Source: Marsupella aquatica
Taxonomy: Eukaryota; Plantae; Marchantiophyta
Reading direction: 5' to 3'
Assembly (NCBI GenBank): GCA_973895155.1
Contig: OZ316893.1
Span: 3,330,490-3,394,489, forward strand
Length of the DNA: 64,000 nucleotides
In this document: positions 1 through 10,445 of the stretch, piece by piece
How positions within the stretch are numbered: the first letter of the stretch is position 1
How the letters are laid out: each line of letters opens with the position of its first letter
The notes under the pieces: generated by a model
The model's database searches: none
The model's input: the letters and a program-made list of their open reading frames with translations, nothing else
What the model was told of the DNA's origin: nothing
Program-made: the position numbers and the translations under genes

Positions 1-1813
1 CGTGGCCGCCCCGGGCCCGTTACCAACGGCAGTGGCACTCCCCAGGCCCGATCGGGAGGATGGGGAAGTATCACCTTCCCCGAGTCAGTCACGGGGAAAG
101 AAGAGGAAGGAATCCGCCACTGCATCCGGGTTACCGTTGGCCACGGTAGCCGTAGCCAAGGTGATGATGCACCGCATGGGGGAAAACGTTCACAACAACA
201 TCCTCCATCCCAAGCATGCGGTGTACCTGAAGACTCAGGGATTTGAGCACCTCACCTCTCTCCCCTGGAACACTTGCAGGTACTGCGGGGAGTTCATGGC
301 CCGGAAGGTAGCCTGTTTCTTCAATCAGGAGTTGGTTGCCGCAGTAAAGGCAGGTCGGGCCCAGTCAGAGGCCCTTCAGAGGATAGAGCGGTACCGGGTG
401 GAGTCCGTGTACCTAAAGAACGAAGTGGCAGCTCAAGAGGCTGAGCTTCTGCAACTACGACCCAAGGTTGCAGCCACCAATGAGTTGTTAGCAAAGGCAC
501 ACGCTCTTACCGCCCTAGCCGAACAGGCCAAAGCTGGGAACGAGGCCGAGATTACACGACTCCGGAACCAGATTGACAGTTTGAAGAAACAAGCTGTCAC
601 CTGGCAGAAAGACCTGGAGGAGGCCGAGGAGCGAGCCCATCGGGACACGGCGGAGATAGCCACGTTGCAGGCCGAGATGGTGCGGCTCCAAACCGAGGCC
701 GAGAAGCAGGACCAGCTGGCGGGTAAACTGACGAGCGACGCCCAGCAGCTGGAGGAGGCATGTTAGGAGGCAGCAGAGGAGACGGACGCGGCGAGGCGAG
801 AGAACGAATCTCTGCTGGACCAGGTCCAGCTCCTCAAAGCGGACAATGACAGGCTTCGAAGGCAGCGGGATGGCCGTTCCCATTCGGGCGGCTCTAGCAA
901 GCGTGCCAGGCATTAGCGGCGGAGTAGGAATAGATTAGGATTAGGATTGGCTTAGTCAGGCTCTTGGGACAGGCACCTGCCTTAGGTACAACAGCGCTGC
1001 CCTACTGTCCAGCCTACGTAGATTAGGATCTTCTAATAAGACACAGCCGTTTTCCGGCCTGACTGTCAGCTTAGTTAGGACCTTAGTCAGCGAATCTTCG
1101 GTGAGAGGACACCCCGTCCCTCGGCTCTTAGTATTTAGTGCACCCCTCGGTAGAGGCGGGGGGGGTTTTTAGTTTTAGAGTCGGACATCCGCGGGATATG
1201 CGGGGAGTCCCGACCTCTAGGAATGAAAGAGTACCAAGGGGAGGGGGTAGGACTAAGCTCGCCGGGCGAGTGCGGAGCCAGGCTCCGTTGTAGTGTGCAC
1301 CCTCGGCCTTGAAACTGTTCATTCCAGGGCTGTCGGGTCAACTAAGTGTACGCATATGTTCCCTTTGTAGTAAAATCCTTTCCCATCATTTTCCTTCGTG
1401 TAAATCGAGATTGTATGCATGTGTGCGCATATGTGTGTGGGTTTCTCGTATATGGGTGGCAGCGCCAGGCCGAACGCACTACCCGAGACGTGCACAGGGT
1501 GCAGCCTGCGGGTAAGTGGTTGCGAGCACGGGTTGGGGACCTGTATCATCGAATCCGGATCAAAGGCGGACAGCACGAAGGCTTAGAAGCCCTTAAGCCG
1601 GGGTCGATCCTGCTATTGACTAAGGTACGTTCCGGCGGCGGAACACAAACCATATCTAGGAGGTGTCCGTATTTAGTAGTATACGCACTTAGCGCTAGTT
1701 TACGAGAATAAGGTGCATTACGTGCTTCCCTTCCTGCCCAAACCCTCAGATTTATGAGGGATGTGCCCGTCTAAGCTGAAGTCTGAGTTAAGGTCGAAGC
1801 CTACGACGCGACA
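1..1813 (+). mobile_element. LTR family X, copy 1 (solo or 3' LTR; 5' part outside window; 978-bp internal deletion)
   Basis: Close reverse-complement match to 22065-23586 and ~39392-39683. Ends ...CGACGCGACA at 1813, matching the terminus of copy 2 (GACGTGACA). No PBS follows. Confidence 0.85.
2..916 (+). pseudogene. LTR-X accessory ORF, deleted copy (coiled-coil part retained)
   Basis: Matches the 372-aa ORF up to TCRYxGE, then jumps in frame to FMARKVA of the 474-aa ORF. Premature TAG at 764-766 (CAG in copy 2); natural stop at 914-916. Confidence 0.8.
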
Positions 1814-4800
1814 CCTGCTTTGTTTGTACAGTCGTGACGGAGACGATTTGGAAGTCATGCTCGGGGAGGGTAATACGGCATTATCTAGGGATGGCCCCTG
1901 CAGACCATAATTTAGCTAGAAAAGCTGGTTTGGTTCCATGTTTTGAACTCGACTGGCCCAGAGTTGCAATTCCTGCTGTAAAGGAGTTTGCAGTAGGGTA
2001 TGATCAAGGTCAAAACTGTGTGTCATTCCGGGGTGCAACTCACACATTCAACATAGAGGTATTGCGAGCTGCATTTGCTTTTCCGTCTGGAGAATGGGCC
2101 CAATTTAAACCTGGGTTGGTCCAAGGTCAACTAAATTCCATGTTTTCTGCCAAGACGAAAGGCAACCCATACAGTTTAGACAAAATCACTGCACCATATA
2201 TGCAGTGGTGTGGGATAATCAGGGCGATTTCTGAATTGCTTTCAGGCAAGAGCAAACCCACTCAAATCACCTCAAAAGACATGTGGGTATACTGGGCGTA
2301 TTGGTGGGATACGATTAGGGTACGTGATCGTTTTAGAGGAGCTAAAACTCCCGTGGTGAAGCCCGATTGGGCACATTTGGTGTACGATAATCTGACGAGT
2401 GAGATCCTCAGGTTAAAGTCACACCTATCGAAGAATGGTGTCATAGACAAACGACTTCCTTGCTACTGTGGCACTGCTATAACGCAGATTCTTGTACACT
2501 ATGGGTATTCGCTGGAGGAGCTTATGGTCAAACAACACGAAGATGATCATGAGGAGGACGACAAGGAGGAAGGGGACAATGGCTCACAAGAGGACGAGGA
2601 AGGGGAGGCTGGCTCAGAAGAGGACGAGGAAGGGGAGGCTGGCTCAGAAGAGGACAAGGACGGGGACAGTGGTTCACAGGAGGACGAGGAAGGGGATGAC
2701 GGATCACGAGAGGACGAGGAAGGAGAAGATGGCTCATGAGAGGATGAGGAAGGGGATGGTGCGTCTGACGGTGAGGGGCAGCCATCAGAGGTTGCGCCCC
2801 AATTCTCCAGGGATGAACAGAAATGTCCTCAGGGTGAGCACAAATCGCCGCCCTCTATGCCAGAGTGCATGCGTGTTCTATCATAGCACATACGTGCGCT
2901 AGAGGTTGATCTTGCAGAAAAATCGGACATGCTACAAGAAGCAGTGGAGAATCATAAAAAAATGGTCCTCGATTTGATGAAAGAAAACGACAGACAGAGA
3001 GTCCGCATATTAGAATTGGAAAGGCAGGTTGGGTTGCATTCAGAACAAGTTGGCAGTGAGACATCGAGTGGAGAAGGTGAGAGCGGAGGTGACGAGAGAT
3101 GTTGTGAGGTTCTGGTAGGTCTTGGTGCCAGGGTACATGTAGGTTATGATGCAGAGGCATCACAGCGTAGCCCAATTTCAGAGTTACCGCCAGTTTCTGG
3201 TGTTCTAGCTATAGTAGAGGTACCAGCAGCAGCACCAGCAGAAGCAGGTACTTTCCCAATTTATTATCCTGGTGTTCCAGCTATAGTAGAGGTACCAGTA
3301 GCAGCACCAGCAGAAGCAGGTACTTTCCCAATTCATTATCCTACTTCAAAGATACAGCGAGAGGAGTCTATGTCGAGTGGAGGTGACTCACCAGTTTTGG
3401 TAGAGTTACAGGCAGCCGCACCACCATTACTGGCAGAGGTACCGGCATCAGAAGAAGAGATGTCACTTTTAGAAGGAGAGGCACCAAATGCTGCACCAAC
3501 ATCAAAAGTAGAGGTCTCAGCTACAGAGGAGGACAAATCGTCAGGTGCAATTGCATCAAAAGTACCAGGGTCACCTCCAAGTTCTGTTCTATTTCATGTT
3601 CCAACTAAGAGTCCGGGATGGGAGGCTAGGATGAGTCACACTTCACGACAACCAAATTTTCCTCGTGCTTCAAAGAGAGGGCGAGAGGACTCTATTCCGA
3701 GTGGCAGTCACTCACCAGCGAAGAGGAGGGCTATCAAAGTGGAGGAAGAGGAAGAGGTAGAGGAAGAAGAAGAAGATGAAGTGGAGGATGACGAGCATTC
3801 AGAACAAGACATTCACTGGGAAGAGTGTGCCACAGAGAGTGGAAAGGTTAGCGATTTTTTTTCCTTTGTTGTGTGATTACTGTTTTTTCAGAAACAATGT
3901 TCAAGCATATCTAACTTGGCTATGAGCGGGATCCGCAGATTGATATCCAAGGGTCTCACTTGACAGAGGAGGCATGCCCTCCACCTGGTATAATGACTAC
4001 AGCTCTATATCCACACCAACGGATTGGTCTTGCATGGATGTTGGAACGCAAATCCGGAAAAAGCTCTCCAATTGGTGGGATGTTGGCGGATGACCAGGTA
4101 CAAAAGCCCCCAAATTAAGCCGAAGTCGCACTCATTATTTTCATTCAGCGGGATACTTTGGGGGTATTTTTGGAGTATGTTAGGGGTACGCGTGCACCTT
4201 GTCTGCAAGTGAGTGGGTCCCTGACCGTTTTCTCAGCTTGGATTTTTTTAGGGAATGGGGAAAACCATGCATGTCATAGCGCTATTTCTTGCGAATCGCC
4301 CTCATAAGTGTGGGCCAACTCTAGTTGTTTGTCCAGCCAGTGTGGTGATTCAATGGGGCCAAGAAATAGCTGCAAGGACCTCCAAGATAGCAAAAGTGAA
4401 GGTCCTCCTCTACCACAACAAGAGGAATAAAGACATCAACTTTATTTCAAGCCATGACGTGGTTGTCACTACGTACTCAATCATGACAGGGGAGTCTCCC
4501 ATTGCTCCAAAGATCCAGCGTGCCAAAAGGGAGTATGAAGAGACCTGTAAAAAAACCTAGACTTGCAGGTCCACTGTTTAAGATTAATTGGCTTAGAGTA
4601 GTCCTGGATGAGTGTCATGTCATGAAAAATAAAACTAGTCAAAATTTCAAGGCCTCGTGTTGTCTCAAGGCAGAGAGGAGGTGGTGCCTAAGCGGTACAC
4701 CCATACAGAACGAGGCTTCTGATCTGTTTCCTTACTTCATTTTTCTGAGGTATTATCCTCTAGGAGAGTGGAAGGAATTCTCGCAGTTAAAGAAGCTGCT

Positions 4801-6620
4801 GAAGACAAGGCCAAAGATAGCGAATGACATCCTCTCAAAACACTTGGTTGCGATTGCGCTCAGGAGAGACAAAAGCAAGCGTGCATGCATATATCATGGT
4901 AGAGTTCACTTTGTTTAATCCCAAGCCTGATTTCTTTATCAATTGTGCATTTACCCTGCCACTGTGCTTACATGCAAGCATACTCCCACTGCCCCCTAAG
5001 ACGATCGAGGTGCAAATTGTTGAATGGAGAACACAGCAAGAACGAAACGCTTATTTTGATCACTGGGAGGAAAAGAGTAAGGAGTTATACAAGGTACGTA
5101 AGGCTCTTAATAATCCCCAATGTTGAAGACGTATGAGAGTTCAATTTGATCCCTTGAAGGTGTCTGTTTGGTGGCAATTAATGTGCCTGTAATGTTGTAG
5201 GAATTCCGTGACGCCGAAAGAGGTGCCTTATCGAATGTGTTGAGCGTTCTGCTCCGGTTGCGACAATTTGCAGTGCACCCAAAACTTCCTTCCTTATGTA
5301 AAATTCGCGAAGAGGAGATCAGGAACAAAGTGCAAAGAACGCCCCTTAGTGAGCCTCAACGAGCCCGACTCGTGTCAGAGTTTCAGCAATTGAAGATTGG
5401 AAGTGCTTGTGTGGACTGCAAGGTGAGTACAGTCACTCTGTGTATGGGGTATGATTGGGGTATGATTGGGGTATGATTGAGGTATTGCAGTTAACGTGCT
5501 TTGCCTAACAATTTCTGCACGCACTCACTTTAACGGTTGGATTGTGCAGGGGGGCTTGATTGGAAGTCCATTTCAGATTTCTGGCTGTGGCCATGTATAC
5601 TGTGGCATTTGTGCAATAGACCGGGAAGCTGGAACCTGCAAATCGGCAAAATGTTCAAAATACGTGACAGCCCAGGTCCTATACAGGCCAGCTGTTTGAG
5701 GCTAGTGAATGGTGGTGCGGAGTCAAAAGGGAAGGCGCGAAGAGAATATGATGTCCGACACCCACCTTCTCCAAAATTTGATGCAGTCTTGGAATACCTG
5801 AAGTCGATTCCGTTGGACACTACAGGACAGGGCAGCAGCAAAAGCTTTGTGCCCAGGCAGAAGGCTCTTGTTTTCTCACAATGGACTTCGTGTCTCGACA
5901 TGCTTGAGCCACACATTCTGAAGGCTGGTCTAAAGTTCACAAGGATTGATGGAGGAATGAATTCCAATGTCAGAGAACAAGCCTTGAATGATTTCAAGAC
6001 AACCCCAGAGGTACAACCGTCATTATCCGTGCAGATCGGTGTCTGTATTTGTTCAAAGGGTAAACTCTTTATATTCTAATTAAACTATTTCTACTCATTT
6101 CATGCAGATCAGCATTATCCTCTTGTCCTTGATGGCAACGAACACAGGACTCAACATCATTGAGGCTACACATGTTCTTATGGTAGACGGGTGGTGGAAT
6201 CCCACGGTCGAGGACCAGGCCATTGATCGGTCACATCGTATAGGGCAAACAAGGCCGGTGAAAGTCGTCAGGTTTATCGCCGAAGATTCGATTGAGTTGA
6301 AGATTTTGGAGCTGCAGGTAAGATTAGAAGTGCTTGCGTGGACTGCAAGGTGAATAAAGTCACTCTATGTATGGGGTATTATTGGGGTATTATTGGGGTA
6401 TTTCAGTTCGCGTGCTTTGCCTAACAATTCCTGCACGCACTCACTAGTAATGATGAATTACGAATTCCATATATGTGGTCTCTAATTGTACGCATGTTGC
6501 ATGTTTTGTGCAGAACAAAAAACGAGTGATGATCAGGGACATCATGTATGGCTGTGCAACCGGGGAAAAAGATAACATGGAACAAAATCTGGAGGTCATA
6601 CTGGGAGAGAATTGGTAGTA
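1814..6620 (+). pseudogene. Fusion of a TE accessory-type domain, acidic/coiled-coil linker and SNF2-RING helicase (FRG1/FRG2 = CHR27/28, Ris1-like)
   Basis: 1834-3846 is one frame with two stops (TGA 2737, TAG 2884). It is spliced (GT 3847/AG 3938; GT 4098/AG 4251) to LYPHQRIGLAWM..GGMLADDQ|GMGKT, then PTLVVCPASV, WLRVVLDECH, RRWCLSGTPIQN, LLRLRQ, RING (CVDC..CGHVYCGIC..C..C), KALVFSQW, WWNPTVEDQAIDRSHRIGQ. Frameshifts near 4550 and 5699. 5' end cut by LTR X. Confidence 0.85.
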
Positions 6621-7238
6621 GAGGTTCAATGCATCAAAGTAGCTAGATGAGTTTTAGCTAAGGTTCTCTTCGGTGCTTGAGTCAGTTAGGCAGTGACACT
6701 CTTACTGTTCGTTTACTTGTCAGTGCCACTCTCGTTTCCTCCCGTTATGATTTTAGTGTAGCGGGACAACGATGAGACTAGGAGGACAGAGCTTGAGTGG
6801 GTCTTTCCTTGCCACATATGTACCTGTTCGAGCCTCCTGCGGGAGCATTATGAATCGAACACTTCATATTTGAATCATGTCCACTGTTTCTCATGTCCAC
6901 TGTTTCTTTGGTATTATTTCTTGTGTTCTTTTGTGTGTGTTTAGGGTTTAGGTTATGCACTTGCAAGACACGCCGAATGATTACCCTAGGGACATAGGTA
7001 ATTTACAAGCATAGTAGCCCGTCCACTACAAGGAGATTTGGTTCCCTACTAAATATGGGACAAATACCTTACCATGAATCGCTTTGATAAGAGGGGAATG
7101 AATTCCCAACTCATCTTCTGGAAATTACCCCCAATAGTAAGGGGGCGGGGAGCATGAGGTACGTTGGGGTTAATTTCCCTACTTACCCCCTATATTCCCC
7201 TCTTTCAAACTCCTAACCTTGCAGATCTTCCTTGTGCA

Positions 7239-7724
7239 CAACCTTGTAACCCAACAAATAATGATGATACTTCTTACAAGCGTAAATGATACCAAGAGCC
7301 TCCCTATCGGTAGGTGAGTAGTTCTTCTCTGCCGGGGCCAACTGTCTACTGGCAAAGTAGATGGGATGGTCCCTCCCATCCTCATCCAACTGACTCAAGA
7401 CGGCACCGATGCAAAATCCTGATACGTCTACGTAAATGTGAAACTCCTTATTCCAATTAGGCGTAATGAGTATGGGAGCCTCTAGCAAACGTTTCTTTAG
7501 TTCATCAAAAGCAGCTTGACGGGGAGGAGTAGGTTCAAATTCACTTCCCTTCTTCAACATGGATGTGAGTGGCATGGCTACTTTGGCAAAGTCCTTGATG
7601 AAGCGGCGGTAGTAGCCGACGCACCCCAAGAACCCTCTCACTTCTTTCACATTTTTGGGAAACGAGACTGCCACCCACACTGCCACCTTTTCACGATCCA
7701 CCTTGATGCCGCGAGCAGACACCT
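7239..7724 (-). mobile_element. pol: Ty3/gypsy RT-RNase H fragment of family Y
   Basis: Nearly identical in protein to element Y 30185-30670 (VSARGI..FLGCVGYYRRFI..VDVSGFCIG..NYSPTDREAL..GYKVV). Truncated on both sides at TG/CA-like junctions. Confidence 0.9.
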
Positions 7725-9204
7725 TGTTGGAGAAGTTCTCTTTTTGAAGAACCTACAAAACCGGGATCAAAAGATTCAATTACTTTATTGAAGAAAAGAA
7801 AAAGAAAAACATCATGTCTAAATCTTTGTGAGCCAAGAATACTGAACAAGACTCCAAATATTTGTGAGCCAATAATCAAAAAGATTCAATGGGAAGAGTT
7901 AACCCAAGGATCTTCGTTCCAAATTCGACAACACAAGTATGCCAATCGATGATACTTGTTTTGATCATCACGACAATAATTACACAAAGAATCAACAGAA
8001 TGCAGACAACCACTCAAATAAATTCTTGACTGAATTGGAACTCCTTGCTCATTCTTTTTGCAAAACTCAATCGGAGCGGATTGAGACTATCTCGAGGATC
8101 TACGCCTCCCATCCAAAGCGCTCCTAATCCAACAGGAAGCACTTTGAGTTCAACTAATCTCTTATACAATCGACATGCACGTTTATCTCGGTTTTGAATC
8201 TGGACCGTCATTGAACTCACGGTTGAAAATGTAAGTCTCAAAGAAAGCTAAAGCTTTAATAGTTCATCAAGTGCTCCAAAATGGCAGGCTCGAAGGAAGC
8301 AAGAGCTTTTGTCAAGGTTGATCAGAACCTAGCATGCAAAACCATCGTCAATACTTGAGATATCTTTCGCCATCGCAAAAAAGCTATTGCTGAATACCCG
8401 AAGGGATACGCCGTATCCCACTTCGCATTCAAACTTTGCCTTTCGGACCTAACCTGATTGATATTCAGAGGTTGAATATCATATGGGATACCGGGTATCC
8501 CACTTCGCATTCAACATTGAAATTTCCTGCATTTTTCAACCAAGAGCTTCTTATGTAGAGGTTGGATGCGAAGTGGGATACCGGGTGTCCCACTTGGCAT
8601 CCAACCTCTTTTTCTCATGTTTCGTCATGCCATAACTGGATTTTTCAAGATTGAATCCCAAATCGGATACGCCGTATCCCATTTGGGATTCATCCTCGTG
8701 ATTTCCAAAAAGATATATTACTCACCTGTTTTTGTAGTCTAACTTGGGGGATACGAATATGCATACAGAGTGTGGATTCGTCGGTAGCAAGCGAATGCGG
8801 GAGCAAGAAGAAATGAGACAAAAAATTTAAGTCGGGGCTCTCCTATTTATAGTTTCCCCCCGACCATGATCAGTTTCTAACCATAGTTTCGTCGAAGTCA
8901 ATTAAAAGTGACCGTTAAAAGGAATCCTCTAGGAATATTTTTGATGGGTAAACCGTACTCACCCCTTTTTATTGTGTTTGTTGGTTTTTTTTTGTTTGAA
9001 AACTGCGGTTGGATCCAAAATGGGATACGCCGTATCCCTGCTTCGGATTCAAGTCATTTTTTCCCGTTTTAAAAATCTAAAATCTGGGTTATTAGAGGGA
9101 ATACTAATTCAGTATCCAATACTTTTTTGCCTTAGAATTTTTTTCCGCCGCGGGCAAAACGAGAAGTGTGGTCGTTATGTTTACCAAAGTTTTACCTACC
9201 AATA
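7725..9204 (-). mobile_element. Putative LTR-like repeat with palindromic GGGATAC-N3-GTATCCC motifs
   Basis: Starts TGTTGG where pol homology ends. Minus-strand TATAAATA at 8844-8851. Five copies of the hairpin motif at 8400-9040. No TSD found; right boundary tentative. Confidence 0.35.
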
Positions 9205-9327
9205 GCTTTAGTCATTGTGTGGATATTATTAATGTTAAAGCCAAACCGGAGACTATGTAGATATGTTACTTAGTTACATATTGTTTATCACCTAACTCAT
9301 TGTGTGAACTGGAGTCAAGGTGGAGAT

Positions 9328-9738
9328 TGTTAAGAATTGACTCGAGTTCCCGACTATAGTTAGTTTGGCCTCACTAGGGTTAATTGACCCTTGGTTAGTT
9401 TAGGATAAGATACACTTATTTAGGCCCACACATCTTAGTGCCCCTTGGGGGGTATAGGTTGGAGGGAGAGCATTCTCTCCCTCATTCTTCACATGTTCAA
9501 TCTCATGAGCTATGGATCCTTCAGGATTTTCTCCATGATCGTGGTGTCTTGTTGGTGTAGTGTGAGATTGAGTGCTCTCATGTTTCGCATTGCTGTCTAG
9601 TCTGGAGCTGACAGTTTCCTACACGTGATATTGTCAGTGATTATGTGCATGCAATGATTACGGAGAGAATCATGGGGACAAAGGAACTCGCTGCATGTCT
9701 TAGATAGGGATTGAATCTCATCTCACCTTGGCACAACA
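9328..9738 (+). mobile_element. Copia-type 3' LTR
   Basis: PPT-like AAGGTGGAGAT immediately before TGTTAAG; ends CACAACA. Confidence 0.55.
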
Positions 9739-10445
9739 AAAATCGTTTTTATCCTGTGTTCATGGATTCTGTTTGAAGGCAATTGACAAAATGAGAACTG
9801 CCCAGAAATTAAGCTAGTGTAGAGGAGGGACAGAAAAAAGAGGACAAGACATCTCGAGAACCATAATCGAGAAGGTAATCTGAGTCCAGGCACCAAGCTC
9901 TTCTCTAAATGACGAGATAATTAAAAACATTGTACAACAATGCTTTGTGAACGGGATTTGTTCCCTTTACTGTTCAGGGTGGAAGTGTTGTTCTATCAGT
10001 TTGCGTTTTAAGCACCATTTACGGGCTTTACACATAAAAATTATCATGGTCGATCTTTTGAAAGTTGCGGTCTGAAGTTTGTTCTTTTTCAATTCTTCCA
10101 CTTGATCCGAGAGAATCGAAACACTGTCAAGATGTACTTATTATAATCATAGGAGTACGCTCGGAGAGATCACAGAGCAATATTTAATTCAGGATTGTCA
10201 CATCTCATGACAACTCAATGTGTACACTGCTTTTTTGTCTCCATATGGCAATATGTGTTTTTGATGAGTGCTCACATTACAGTGCTGCAAATTTTTGATG
10301 GCGACTGATCATATGCTTCTTCTCCGGAGCTGTCTAATACAGTAACTTCTATTCCAAAAAGCATCACATCTGGAACCGTTTTAACAGGTGCGGCATGGAA
10401 TTCGGCCAGATGGACACGGATGTGGGTGACTGTCATACACTGAAT

